A model generated the notes under the pieces. The model had not been told where the DNA came from and searched no databases. It saw nothing but the letters and a program-made list of their open reading frames with translations. Below are positions 26,625-36,339 of a DNA stretch of 64,000 nt, piece after piece; position 1 is the first letter of the stretch; every line of letters starts with the position of its first letter. A program made the position numbers and the translations under genes. Source of the stretch: an uncultured Gammaproteobacteria bacterium (lineage in GTDB: Bacteria; Patescibacteriota; Microgenomatia; Levybacterales; UBA12049); NCBI GenBank assembly GCA_964562445.1, contig CAZLSZ010000003.1:693-64692 (forward strand), given 5' to 3'.

Positions 26625-27425
26625 ATGAAACAAGAATATAGGCCAAGAAATGTCTGTGCGGCTGTGTCACTTTCGTTAGCTTTGGGAACGGGAGGATCCA
26701 TTGCTGCATATTCCCGTACCCCTGAATCAGCTGCCGGTAAACCCGTTACCCGTACTCTTATGAAGGAAACCAGAAAAGATAGTACCGGCTGCAGCAATCC
26801 TACGAATGGCGTACTCATTACTATCGATGACTGGTCATACGCTCCTACCACGAAGCAATCAATTAATCGTTTGAAAGCATATACTGCTGCTTTGGATGGA
26901 TATAGAGTAAATGGACCGAATCAAAAGCCTGCGGGGGCTCTTATCTTTCCTATAAATCAGTATGTAAAAAGCCAATGGCCGGAATCTGTAAAATATTTGC
27001 GGAGAAAAGGTATATATGTAGGAAATCATAGCTGGTCTCATCCGCTGCCATTTACCAAATTAAACCCTAATCAGATAACATACCAGATGAAAAATGGTGT
27101 TGATAGTAATATATTTCGCGCCCCAGGTGGAGGAGTAAATAATGCTGTCCGCGCGGAGGCAAAAAGAGAAGGAAAGAAAATCTGCGGATGGACGGTAGAT
27201 ACGCAGGATTATACAGGTATCCCTGCCAAAAAAATAGAGCAAAAAGTACTCTCAGAAGTAAAGCCCGGTTCCGTCGTTTTGATGCATTTGAATGGAAATT
27301 CTCATTCATTGGAAGCGCTGCAAAATGGGTTGGTAGAAAAAATAGAAAAAAAAGGTCTCAATGTATGTGATAGATCTCCTGTACCTACCAATCGAAATAT
27401 CTCTCGAAATATCTGCTGGAAGTAA
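26625..27425 (+). CDS. Polysaccharide deacetylase (NodB-domain, CE4) family protein, secreted
   Basis: LITIDDWSY (TFDDG-like motif 1) and GNHSWSHP (H-S-x-x-H motif 2). N-terminal signal-like segment. Confidence 0.6.
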   Translation: MKQEYRPRNVCAAVSLSLALGTGGSIAAYSRTPESAAGKPVTRTLMKETRKDSTGCSNPTNGVLITIDDWSYAPTTKQSINRLKAYTAALDGYRVNGPNQKPAGALIFPINQYVKSQWPESVKYLRRKGIYVGNHSWSHPLPFTKLNPNQITYQMKNGVDSNIFRAPGGGVNNAVRAEAKREGKKICGWTVDTQDYTGIPAKKIEQKVLSEVKPGSVVLMHLNGNSHSLEALQNGLVEKIEKKGLNVCDRSPVPTNRNISRNICWK

Positions 27426-27466
27426 ATTCTTGCAATTTTAGTTAAAGGTGCTATAATCCTGAGATC

Positions 27467-28165
27467 ATGGGAAAAGAGTCTCATAAAGGTAGAAATATAG
27501 CCATCGGATTGATAATGGCAGCATCTGCAACTCCGTGGGGTATAAAATATTACCCCGATGCGGTGGATGCATACAATGCGTGGAGAGGAACTAGTGCATC
27601 ATCTGAGGACACGCCGAGTGGAACATCCAAAGGGGCAAAGAAAGTAAAAAAAGATCCATATACACCCGAACAACATTTTGCTAGAAATGAAAATGTATTA
27701 AAAGAACAGGGTATAGATATCAAAGCGATCGCAAAGCTTGGAACTGATACATACGCTCCTGTCCTCAAAGGCCAAAAAAAACCAGCCAGTGTTTTTAGTG
27801 TATTGGAGAAAAATTTCGGTACGGATTTCATGGTGCCGTACGCAAAATCTATAGATGAAGCCACAAATAAGTTCGTGAATGAAGAAAGAAGTCTTTTTGT
27901 GGATGTCACTGATAAAATAAAAAAAGAAGATATAAATTATATTCCTGAGGGAGTAATTTTCTTGTATTCTGAGGGGAAAAAGTTTAAAGCAGGAGTATCT
28001 CTGGGGATGACGGATTCCTCTACACATGAGAAACGTTCTACCATCGCAAATAGGCTGGGCGTACATGGTATGGAGGATGTTACGGATGAAAAATATGCGA
28101 TTATCGCTCCCAAAAAATTGAGTCCTGTGAGCAAACTTCCGAAAGCTGCTCATCCCGATCAATAA
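27467..28165 (+). CDS. Hypothetical protein with an N-terminal membrane anchor
   Basis: 232-aa ORF with no family recognised. Confidence 0.35.
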   Translation: MGKESHKGRNIAIGLIMAASATPWGIKYYPDAVDAYNAWRGTSASSEDTPSGTSKGAKKVKKDPYTPEQHFARNENVLKEQGIDIKAIAKLGTDTYAPVLKGQKKPASVFSVLEKNFGTDFMVPYAKSIDEATNKFVNEERSLFVDVTDKIKKEDINYIPEGVIFLYSEGKKFKAGVSLGMTDSSTHEKRSTIANRLGVHGMEDVTDEKYAIIAPKKLSPVSKLPKAAHPDQ

Positions 28166-28239
28166 TAGATACATATCTACAGGCAGAAAACTAAAGTCCC
28201 TCTTGAGTTCAACTTTGACTCTGTGGTACAATAGCAACC

Positions 28240-28554
28240 ATGAGAAAATACGAATTAGCTATCGTTATGAGGCCATCACTCAAAGAAGCGGACCGCAAAA
28301 AGCTTTTGGAAGATATTAAAGGCTGGCTCGGAAAGATAAAAATCGCCAAAGAAAATGATTGGGGACAGAAGGCTCTGGCATATGAAATAAAGAAAGAAGA
28401 AGCAGGACACTATTATATGCTGGAACTCGAAGGAGAAGAGCCATCATACAAGGGAAATGTAGAAGAAAGAAAAGCAGGTGTTCCCGCGGATTTCGAGCAA
28501 AAATTGATCAGACATGACAGTATAATCAGACATTTATTGTTACGAACAGAGTAA
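28240..28554 (+). CDS. rpsF: 30S ribosomal protein S6
   Basis: MRKYELAIVMRPSL start. Conserved rpsF-ssb-rpsR arrangement. Confidence 0.85.
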   Translation: MRKYELAIVMRPSLKEADRKKLLEDIKGWLGKIKIAKENDWGQKALAYEIKKEEAGHYYMLELEGEEPSYKGNVEERKAGVPADFEQKLIRHDSIIRHLLLRTE

Positions 28555-28557
28555 AGT

Positions 28558-29052
28558 ATGGCAAGAAGTTTAAACAGAGTACAATTGATCGGGAATTTGA
28601 CCCGAGATCCGGAGTTGCGATATACTCCCGCGGGAAACGCGGTTTGTACTTTTGGTCTTGCGACAAACAGATCGTGGACAACTGATTCCGGTGAGAAACG
28701 GGAAGAAGTTGATTTCCATAAAATTGTGGTTTGGAACAAATTAGCCGAATTATGCAGTCAGTTCTTGGTGAAAGGCAGAAAAGTGTATGTCGAAGGACGA
28801 CTTTCTACCCGAAGCTGGACAGGGCAAGACGGGTCACAAAAATCTACAACGGAAGTTGTGATTGATGATATGATCCTCTTGGATAGTAAAGGGCAAGGGG
28901 GCGGTCAGCATACGACTTCGCATGAAGAATCATATGCTGCTCAGGCTGATGAAGAAGCGCAACCCAAAGCAAAAAAGAAAGCGGTAAAAGATGAAGAGCC
29001 GCATCCTTCCGAATCGGGAGACGATGTCGCGCCTGATGATATACCGTTTTAA
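28558..29052 (+). CDS. ssb: Single-stranded DNA-binding protein
   Basis: OB-fold N-terminus (VQLIGNLTRDPELRYTPAGNAVCTFGLATNRSW), Gly/Gln-rich linker, acidic C-terminal DIPF tail. Confidence 0.9.
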   Translation: MARSLNRVQLIGNLTRDPELRYTPAGNAVCTFGLATNRSWTTDSGEKREEVDFHKIVVWNKLAELCSQFLVKGRKVYVEGRLSTRSWTGQDGSQKSTTEVVIDDMILLDSKGQGGGQHTTSHEESYAAQADEEAQPKAKKKAVKDEEPHPSESGDDVAPDDIPF

Positions 29053-29057
29053 AGAAT

Positions 29058-29300
29058 ATGGCAGAAAAAAGAAGAATACCAAAGAAGAAAATATCGGTAC
29101 CAAAGACTTGTTACTTCTGTGATGAGAAGAAAAATCCGTGGTACTCTGATACTACCGCATTGCAGAAATTCACGACCGAGCGCGGCAAAATCATCGTGCG
29201 GACACGATCAGGTCTTTGCTCCAAACATCAGCGTCGGCTTACCATCGCCGTTAAAAACGCGCGGCATTTGGCATTGATTCCTTTTGTCGGCCGCGGTTAA
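29058..29300 (+). CDS. rpsR: 30S ribosomal protein S18
   Basis: CYFCDEKK...ALQKFTTERGKI...RTRSGLCSKHQRRLTIAVKNARHLALIPF. Confidence 0.9.
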   Translation: MAEKRRIPKKKISVPKTCYFCDEKKNPWYSDTTALQKFTTERGKIIVRTRSGLCSKHQRRLTIAVKNARHLALIPFVGRG

Positions 29301-29348
29301 TCTCCATTTTACTTGCTCATCATTTCCTTCCTGCGATACAATATATAT

Positions 29349-30113
29349 ATGCCGTTCATTTCATTCCCGTTATCTGATGTCTATACTGCTGTCGTAAAAC
29401 AAGGTGCAGCTGTCGAGTCTGGGGAAGTACTTGCGCAGAAACTGGCACCTCAAGAGCATGTATTGAATATCCCTGAAGCGATTGATATTTCTTTGAAAGA
29501 AGTGAAGCGAGTTCTGAAAAAAAGCATCGGAGATACTATCCATAAGGGAGATATCATTGCGGAGAAGAAAAATATCTTTGGTAAGAGAAAAGCGGTAATA
29601 ACTAGTTCGATTGATGGTACGTTCGTGCGGTATGAGCGGAATACCGGTAATATCGTTATCCAAACGGATCAAAAAACAGCCTCAAATGAAATTATTTCTC
29701 CGGTTGCTGGCACTGTGGATTTGTGTAATAATAAGGAAATCGTTATCGCAACCGACAATGCAATTGTAGGCTTGCAAACTTCTTCAGAAACATCAGCTAC
29801 TGGGGAATTATGTATCCTTACTGCGTCTTTCCAAAGCGGCGGCAATAATATATTATATTATCTCGATAGTAATACGTCAGGTAAAATTGTTCTTGGAGGT
29901 ACTATTTCCAGAGATATTTTGATAAAAGGGAATGGCATTGGGGTGGCAGGATTTATCTGTGTAACTGTTAAAGAAAGCGATTTAGCTTATCTTCGGGATA
30001 GAAAAATAATGATGCCTGTTATTACTATTTCGAAGGAAGAGAGTGAAACATTGAAAAAAGCAGAAGGGAAAAAAGTAACCGTTGATGCGGGTAATAAAAT
30101 AATCATTATTTGA
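29349..30113 (+). CDS. Hypothetical protein (not L9, despite its position after rpsR)
   Basis: ORF 29313..30113; start placed at MPFISF. No match to bL9 or other families recognised. Confidence 0.3.
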   Translation: MPFISFPLSDVYTAVVKQGAAVESGEVLAQKLAPQEHVLNIPEAIDISLKEVKRVLKKSIGDTIHKGDIIAEKKNIFGKRKAVITSSIDGTFVRYERNTGNIVIQTDQKTASNEIISPVAGTVDLCNNKEIVIATDNAIVGLQTSSETSATGELCILTASFQSGGNNILYYLDSNTSGKIVLGGTISRDILIKGNGIGVAGFICVTVKESDLAYLRDRKIMMPVITISKEESETLKKAEGKKVTVDAGNKIIII

Positions 30114-30114
30114 T

Positions 30115-31392
30115 ATGAAACCGGAAACATTACGATACATATTACTTATTTTTATAGCAGGACTCATAGGATATTTTGTGGGCGTTAACAAGATCTCCGC
30201 GGATTGGAACAATTTCAAACCACATATCGAAATTGCAGGCAAAGAACCGCCTCCGTCTTTGCAGCATGCCAATGCTGAACGTATTTGGTCTGTTTTGGAA
30301 AAACTAGAAAATACATACTATGATAGAAAAGCGATTGATTCGGAGAAAATTATTAATGGTGCTATACAGGGAATGGTTGCAAGCCTTGATGATCCGTATA
30401 CGGTCTATCTTCCTCCCAAACAAAACGATGATTTTAAACAGAGCCTCGCGGGGAAATTTGAAGGAATCGGAGCTGAACTCGGTTTGAAAGAAAAAAATAT
30501 CATCGTTGTATCTCCATTGGACGGAAGTCCCGCAAAAAAATCCGGTATAAAAGCAGGTGATATTATCGTAAAAGTAAATGATCAGTATACAACCGGGATG
30601 AATATTAATCAGGTGGTAGAAAAAATACGCGGACCCAAAGGAACAGATGTGACATTGAATGTCCTCCATAAAGGCGCTGATAAAACGACTGATATAACTA
30701 TTACTCGAGACACAATTACGGTAAATAGCCTCACAACATGGACTAAGCAGGTAAAAGATATTGAAGGCATCAATACCAAAGATACTGCGCTTGCTTCAGA
30801 ATTGGATAAAAAAATAGTGTATATCAGGCTTTCGCAATTTGGTGACAGCACAAATGCAGAATGGTCCAAGCTCGCTCTTCGTGTTAACGAACAGCTTGCC
30901 GCGGATAAAACTATAAAGGGTGTGGTATTTGATTTGAGAAATAATCCGGGAGGATATCTTAATGATGCCGTGTATATTGTTTCGGAATTTGTCAAAGATG
31001 GGACAGCTGTGATGCAGGAAGATAAAAATGGTAAACGGACAGAATATCCTGTGAGCGGGAAAGGGATATTGTTTGAAGCTCCTGTCGTAGTATTGATCAA
31101 TAAAGGGTCTGCTTCGGCAAGCGAAATTACTGCCGGCGCCCTCAGAGATCATGAGCGCGCGAAGCTGGTAGGGGAGACATCATTTGGCAAAGGCACAATT
31201 CAGCAGGCTGAGGATTTGGGAGAGGGCGCCGGCATCCATGTCACTATCTCTAAATGGCTTACACCAAAGGGGACATGGGTAGGAAACGGTAAAGCCGGAC
31301 AAGGTTTGAAGCCTGATTTTGAAGTAGCATTGGATGAAAAGAATCCTGAACATGATACACAGCTTGAAAAGGCTATTATAGAGTTGAAATAA
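30115..31392 (+). CDS. ctpA: Carboxyl-terminal processing protease (S41 family) with PDZ domain
   Basis: N-terminal TM helix, PDZ region (GIKAGDIIVKVND), and S41 catalytic blocks (DLRNNPGGYL, GSASASEITAGAL, catalytic Lys near TSFGKGT). Confidence 0.8.
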   Translation: MKPETLRYILLIFIAGLIGYFVGVNKISADWNNFKPHIEIAGKEPPPSLQHANAERIWSVLEKLENTYYDRKAIDSEKIINGAIQGMVASLDDPYTVYLPPKQNDDFKQSLAGKFEGIGAELGLKEKNIIVVSPLDGSPAKKSGIKAGDIIVKVNDQYTTGMNINQVVEKIRGPKGTDVTLNVLHKGADKTTDITITRDTITVNSLTTWTKQVKDIEGINTKDTALASELDKKIVYIRLSQFGDSTNAEWSKLALRVNEQLAADKTIKGVVFDLRNNPGGYLNDAVYIVSEFVKDGTAVMQEDKNGKRTEYPVSGKGILFEAPVVVLINKGSASASEITAGALRDHERAKLVGETSFGKGTIQQAEDLGEGAGIHVTISKWLTPKGTWVGNGKAGQGLKPDFEVALDEKNPEHDTQLEKAIIELK

Positions 31393-31435
31393 TTAAGAAA
31401 AAGATAAGAGAAAATTGTTATAACACAAAGAATTC

Positions 31436-32578
31436 ATGAAAAGGTTACTCGCGTTAATCATATTATTGTTGGGATTACTATTTATCGTGAATACGACACA
31501 AAAGTATCTTCCCGATATCATCAAAAAAAATGCTCCTCAAATTACTCCCATGGCTGATGAAAAAGTAAAAATTGTCAGTGAAGAATCAATTACTATTGAT
31601 ATAGCTAAGAAGGCGGGCCCTTCGGTGGTAACCATCGCAGCTGAAGATTTAGAATTGCGCCGTAGACAGTTTCCTTTTGATATCTTTTTTGATACACCAC
31701 AGGATGAGTCTCTCCCACAAAAACCGCATAGTATAGGTACAGGGTTTATGGTAGATGGCAGCGGATTAATAGTTACCAACAAGCATGTGGTTTCAGATCC
31801 TGACATTAGATATCAGATAGTTACATCTACGGAGAAGAAATATACCGTACGGAATATTTATCGAGATCCCTTAAATGACTTGGCTCTTTTGCGGGTAGAC
31901 CCTGCTGAAAATCCGGGCGATGCATTAACACCGCTTTCGTTGGGAGACTCGGCGAATTTACAAGTAGGACAATATGCTGTTGCTATTGGGACTGCGCTCG
32001 GAGAATTCCGCAATACTGTCACCACAGGTGTTATATCAGGCCTCGGTCGGGGTATAGAAGCAGGAAGTCCATATGAAGGCGCAGTAGAGCGTTTGGATAA
32101 CGTTATCCAGACCGATGCTGCTATCAATCCCGGAAATAGCGGAGGCCCGCTCATTAATTCTTCCGGGCAGGTAATTGGTGTAAATACGGCGGTTTCCTCA
32201 AGTGGACAAAATATAGGTTTTGCAATTCCCATTAATGTTATTAGAGATATGATTAAGAACTTTAATGAAACTGGCCGATTTGAACGTCCGTATTTGGGCG
32301 TGTCATATTTGATGGTTACCTCAGATATTGCCAGAAGAAATAATTTGCGGGAAGGAGCATATGTACAGGAAGTAATTCCCGGCTCTTCCGCGGAGGAAGT
32401 AGGGATTCAAAAAGGAGATATTATCACCAAACTGGATGGGATACAAATAAACGAGAAAACACCGTTGTCCGCTGTTATTGTAAAGAAAAGAGTAGGAGAT
32501 AAATTAAAAATTGAAGTATTTCGCGATGGTAAAAACGAGATGTTGGAGGCTACACTCAAAGTAACCCCCGAACAATAA
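31436..32578 (+). CDS. htrA: Trypsin-like serine protease HtrA/DegP with C-terminal PDZ
   Basis: GTGFMVDGSGLIVTNKHVV (His), DLALLRVD (Asp), GNSGGPLINSSGQVIGVNTA (Ser). PDZ region (GIQKGDIITKLDG). Confidence 0.85.
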   Translation: MKRLLALIILLLGLLFIVNTTQKYLPDIIKKNAPQITPMADEKVKIVSEESITIDIAKKAGPSVVTIAAEDLELRRRQFPFDIFFDTPQDESLPQKPHSIGTGFMVDGSGLIVTNKHVVSDPDIRYQIVTSTEKKYTVRNIYRDPLNDLALLRVDPAENPGDALTPLSLGDSANLQVGQYAVAIGTALGEFRNTVTTGVISGLGRGIEAGSPYEGAVERLDNVIQTDAAINPGNSGGPLINSSGQVIGVNTAVSSSGQNIGFAIPINVIRDMIKNFNETGRFERPYLGVSYLMVTSDIARRNNLREGAYVQEVIPGSSAEEVGIQKGDIITKLDGIQINEKTPLSAVIVKKRVGDKLKIEVFRDGKNEMLEATLKVTPEQ

Positions 32579-32636
32579 AGAAGTAATACAAAATACTACT
32601 TGCAAAATCAAACCCATTCAGTTTATAATAATAGCC

Positions 32637-33446
32637 ATGGCAACAAAAAAAGTTACAAAAAAGTCTACAGAAACAGCTGCGCAGACCAAAAAGACAGCAC
32701 CCAAAAGAACAACTGCAAAGGCTGCCTCAAAGCGATCCGTAAAAGCTACATCCAAGCAATCATCTAAGTCCACTCCTAAATCTACAGTAAAAAATGTCGC
32801 GGCAGTTGAAAAAACAACATCTGAAAAAACATACACACCAAAGACAGATGATCGAAGAAGTGTCCAAGTCCGTAAGAAATATGTTGGCTTGATCGCGCTT
32901 ATTCTTTTGGTAGGAGCGTTATTATATTTTTTCCGAGGACTTTTTGTCGCGGCAGTTGTAAACGGTCAGCCGATTAGTAGACTTGAAGTAATCAGGCAGG
33001 CGGAGAAACAAAGCGGTAAACAAACGCTTGATACATTAGTCCGCAATGCTCTTATCGAACAAAAAGCAAAACAGCAGAATGTAACCGTATCGGATCAGGA
33101 AATAAGTGATGAGATCAAAAAACTTGAAGATAATCTTTCCAAACAAGGACAAAAACTTGATCAGGTGTTGGAAGCGCAAGGGATGAGTAGAGATGAACTA
33201 AATAAACTTATCCGTCTTGATAAATTAGTTGCGAAAATGGTAGGAAAAGATGTCAAAGTGACGGATCAGGAAATCAATGAATATCTGGAAAAGAACAAAG
33301 ATGCTCTTCCTGAAGGCACAGATGAAAACACTCTCAAAAAGCAAATCGGTGAGCAGCTCAAACAGCAGAAAACAAATGAGAAAGTACGAACATGGTTGGC
33401 AGATTTGCAGAAAGAAGCTTCCGTTAAATACTACGTCCAGTACTAA
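32637..33446 (+). CDS. Membrane-anchored SurA-N-like chaperone domain protein with a Lys/Thr-rich basic N-terminal tail
   Basis: Roughly 75-aa K/T/S-rich cytoplasmic tail, one TM helix, then NGQPISRLEV...LIEQKAKQQNVTVSDQEI resembling the SurA N-terminal/PpiC-associated domain. Confidence 0.4.
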   Translation: MATKKVTKKSTETAAQTKKTAPKRTTAKAASKRSVKATSKQSSKSTPKSTVKNVAAVEKTTSEKTYTPKTDDRRSVQVRKKYVGLIALILLVGALLYFFRGLFVAAVVNGQPISRLEVIRQAEKQSGKQTLDTLVRNALIEQKAKQQNVTVSDQEISDEIKKLEDNLSKQGQKLDQVLEAQGMSRDELNKLIRLDKLVAKMVGKDVKVTDQEINEYLEKNKDALPEGTDENTLKKQIGEQLKQQKTNEKVRTWLADLQKEASVKYYVQY

Positions 33447-33459
33447 ATATCTCCCCAGC

Positions 33460-33590
33460 GTCATTGCGATCCTGCAAAACAGGAGACCTGCCTGCCGGCA
33501 GGCAGGAGCAATCTCAAACAACATACAACAAAGAACAGAAAACAGTTATAAGTTTTTAGTTACTAGAGAGACCCCTGGCGCGAGGATGAC
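33460..33590. repeat. ~130-nt composite repeat element (reverse orientation relative to the 49068..49197 copy)
   Basis: Its reverse complement aligns along its length with 49068..49197, including a shared core TCTCTCTAGTAACTAAAAACTTATAACTGTTTTCTGTTC(A/T)TTGTTGTATGTT. Ends in GTCATTGCG / GGATGAC arms. Contains perfect inner palindromes CCTGCCTGCCGGCAGGCAGG and TCCTGTTTTGCAGGA. Confidence 0.7.
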
Positions 33591-33706
33591 ATACATCATG
33601 CATATGTATAAATCCCTCTCTTGACAACGTGTAGGCTTCATATAGTACTATAGATATGGTGATACTTTTCACAAAGAATTTCACATACATGAGGTAGGTG
33701 ATAGTC

Positions 33707-33866
33707 TATGAAGAAAACAAAAGTTGCTCCAAAAGCTGCCAAAACAAAATCCGTAAAAAGAGTTCGAAGGTCATCTTCGACACATGCAACAGAACATGAC
33801 TTTCTTATTATTCTCGGTGGAGGATTGGTAGTTTTGCTTCTTACTATTTTCCTTTTTATTCAATAG
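33707..33866 (+). CDS. Possible small membrane protein (52 aa) with a basic N-terminus and C-terminal TM helix
   Basis: ATG preceded by a GAGGTAGGTGATAG Shine-Dalgarno-like sequence. MKKTKVAPKAAKTKSVKRVRR...LIILGGGLVVLLLTIFLFIQ. Below the ORF-track size cut-off; weak. Confidence 0.2.
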
Positions 33867-35319
33867 GTAAAGCTTTCTGCATAAGTGAAATTTTATTCTG
33901 ATTTGCAGGATTTGCGATAAACTGTCTCAGAATTTTGTATATATCCAAATCGAAGTATACTTCATTATTTTTGTCGTTATTTATATTTCCTTCTTCATCT
34001 ACGACCACTTTTGCTTTGTAACACCAATTATCGATAATATAATATTCTTTCTTCCCACTCATCTCGGATTCTTGTATAGAGATCGGACCTTTATATGGCC
34101 ATGGTAATATTTTGAGTTCATTGACCGCGGTAATAAGCCGTATATTGTGTTGTATAGGTAGTTCTTTTGCGGTACACGCACCATTACACTTACCGAGTCT
34201 ATAAGCGAAACATGACGTGGATGTTTTTTCTAGGCCGAGCAGTTTCTCGCACAATGTATATTCTTTCGCGATAGCGGCAAGATATGCTTTTGCTTGTCTT
34301 TTTGATCTGAAAAAACCCAGAAAGTTGTCCAGTTTTTCCGGCTTAATGAGAGTAATGGGCTCCATATAGCATTCCAAGTATCCTTGTTTTGTCATTCGGC
34401 TTTTAAGAGCGATTAATTCATGCTTGATTCTTGAGCGTTTATTATATAATGGCAGCATTTCTTTAATTAACTTGGATTCGAGTAAGAGAGCTCCCAATTC
34501 ACCTGATGTCGTAACAGTTTCTATACTTTCTATTTGCTGGGCGATTCGCATTTCTGTAGGAGAAGAGAGGTCGGATGCGAAGTGACTGAGTACACGATTG
34601 CGTATATTGATACTTTTTCCTACATAGAGAGGGATACTATTTTTTTTCTGTTCGGATATGTTTTTCGGATCTTTTAGTCCTTTCGGTTCATTGCCATAAA
34701 AGATATAGACACCGGGTTTGTCGGGAAGTTTATCCAATTCCTGCATCGGCAGATTGACCGGCAAGGACGGTTTCTTTATCGTTTTGGCAAAGGCTTTTTC
34801 AAGTTGTTCGGGTGAATGCGATGCCAGTACATGTTTGTAAAAATGAAATAAGACCTGCGCATCATCAAAGGCTCTATGGCGGTTTGTACAGTCGATTCCG
34901 CAATGCTGTATAAGCGCGTCCAGATTGTGTCTAGGCCACTCCGGGTAGAGAAATCGGGATAATCGTACTGTACAAAAATGCCTGGCGTTATAGGTGAAAT
35001 TTTGTCTGATAAATTCACTTTTTATAAATCCGTAATCAAATCGGACATTGTGCGCCACAAAAGTGCAATCGTCAAGAATGGAGAGGATGTCATCTTTGAC
35101 ACTTCGAAAGGTGGGTGCATCTGCAAGCATATCTTCTGATATTCCTGTGATGCCGGTAATTTCTTTGGGGATATATGTTTGGGGATTGATGAGAGATTGA
35201 AAGGTATTTATCAGTTCGCCATTTTCTACCCGCAGGATGCCTATTTCGATAATTCTATCATGGGTTGATCGCATTCCTGTGGTTTCGATATCAACAAAAG
35301 CGAGCTTGGTAGGCAGCAT
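33856..35319 (-). CDS. DnaQ-like 3'-5' exonuclease fused to a GIY-YIG (UvrC N-terminal-like) nuclease domain (Cho-like excinuclease)
   Basis: FVDIETTGMRSTHDRIIEIG (Exo I), HNVRFDYGF (Exo II) and FDDAQV (Exo III), then GVYIFYG...LYVGKSINIRNRVLSHF (GIY-YIG). The alternative upstream start at 35421 would add 34 aa that are encoded by a REP-like unit (GTCATTGCG...). Confidence 0.7.
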   Translation of the reverse strand: MLPTKLAFVDIETTGMRSTHDRIIEIGILRVENGELINTFQSLINPQTYIPKEITGITGISEDMLADAPTFRSVKDDILSILDDCTFVAHNVRFDYGFIKSEFIRQNFTYNARHFCTVRLSRFLYPEWPRHNLDALIQHCGIDCTNRHRAFDDAQVLFHFYKHVLASHSPEQLEKAFAKTIKKPSLPVNLPMQELDKLPDKPGVYIFYGNEPKGLKDPKNISEQKKNSIPLYVGKSINIRNRVLSHFASDLSSPTEMRIAQQIESIETVTTSGELGALLLESKLIKEMLPLYNKRSRIKHELIALKSRMTKQGYLECYMEPITLIKPEKLDNFLGFFRSKRQAKAYLAAIAKEYTLCEKLLGLEKTSTSCFAYRLGKCNGACTAKELPIQHNIRLITAVNELKILPWPYKGPISIQESEMSGKKEYYIIDNWCYKAKVVVDEEGNINNDKNNEVYFDLDIYKILRQFIANPANQNKISLMQKALPIE

Positions 35320-35421
35320 AGTATCAGTTATTGTAGAATTGTTTGGAAAAAATTGCAAACTGAACCGTGCACCATGATTATCATTCTGATCCGTCAATTG
35401 GCGGACTCTTCGCAATGACAA

Positions 35422-36303
35422 TTAGCTAGTGAGGGCTTCCAGTTCTTCTTTTTCTTCGGGGATGTCACCATCCATAATCAGCGGAAGATTTTTCCAAGAT
35501 TTATTGATTCGATGATCGGTGAGTCTGTCTTGCGGGAAATTATATGTTTTAATTTTTTCTGACCTATCACCACGTCCCACCTGAGTTGATCTTAGAGAGG
35601 AAATTTCTTCCTGTTGCTTTGTCAGTTCAATCTCCCAGAGCTTTGCACGTAAAAGCTGCATAGCAATTTCTCTGTTCTGGAGCTGTGATCGTTCTACAGA
35701 AGTGGTTACAACCAGCCCGGAGGGTGTATGTTTCAAACGGACGGCAGTGGACACTTTATTGACATTTTGCCCGCCATGTCCGCCTGAACGGAACGCTTCA
35801 AATTCGATATCTTCCGGATTAATATGCAGATCGATATCATCAAGTTCAGGAAGGATGGAAACAGTCGCTGTCGATGTATGCACACGTCCCTTTTTTTCCG
35901 TCACCGGAATGCGTTGTACACGGTGTACACCTGCTTCATACTTATATGTCCCGAAAGCTCCATGTCCATTTATTTTGATGACATTTTCTTCAAGTTGTTC
36001 TACCTGAAACCCTTTTTTTTGCGCTGATCGAGTATACATCCGCATGAGCTCTTCTGCCCAGATTTTTGCTTCATCTCCGCCTGCCGCGCCGCTGAGTTCA
36101 AGAAGGATATTCCGATGATCATAACTTTCTTCCTGTTTAGCATTTGAGGTGTTTAGACTTTCCTGGATTGCTCTTTTTTGTTCCTCTAAAGAATCTATCT
36201 CCTGTTGTGCCAGTTCGGCCATAGAGGGATCTTCCAGGAGCGTTTTAGCTTCCTCAATTTGCTTTTCAAGTTCTTCTATTTGTGTGTAGCGATAGTCATT
36301 CAT
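35422..36303 (-). CDS. prfA: Peptide chain release factor 1, with a shortened N-terminal domain (293 aa)
   Basis: RIPVTEKKGRVHTS (PxT tripeptide anticodon motif of RF1, not the SPF of RF2) and SGGHGGQNVNK (GGQ). No frameshift site. The gene starts 36 nt downstream of rpmE, leaving no room for a longer N-terminus. Confidence 0.8.
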   Translation of the reverse strand: MNDYRYTQIEELEKQIEEAKTLLEDPSMAELAQQEIDSLEEQKRAIQESLNTSNAKQEESYDHRNILLELSGAAGGDEAKIWAEELMRMYTRSAQKKGFQVEQLEENVIKINGHGAFGTYKYEAGVHRVQRIPVTEKKGRVHTSTATVSILPELDDIDLHINPEDIEFEAFRSGGHGGQNVNKVSTAVRLKHTPSGLVVTTSVERSQLQNREIAMQLLRAKLWEIELTKQQEEISSLRSTQVGRGDRSEKIKTYNFPQDRLTDHRINKSWKNLPLIMDGDIPEEKEELEALTS

Positions 36304-36339
36304 AAGGTAATTATATGATGAAATGTGAATTGAGGGTAG

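Noticed and set aside
27698-28237. 179-aa minus-strand ORF overlapping 27467..28165
   Set aside because: It overlaps almost entirely a plus-strand ORF sitting in an operon-like run of plus-strand genes. Its composition is Phe/Ile/Cys-rich and typical of antisense frames.
35422-36303. RF2 with programmed +1 frameshift
   Set aside because: The motif is PVT (the RF1 PxT), not SPF. The ORF is continuous, with no CUU UGA C-like shift site.
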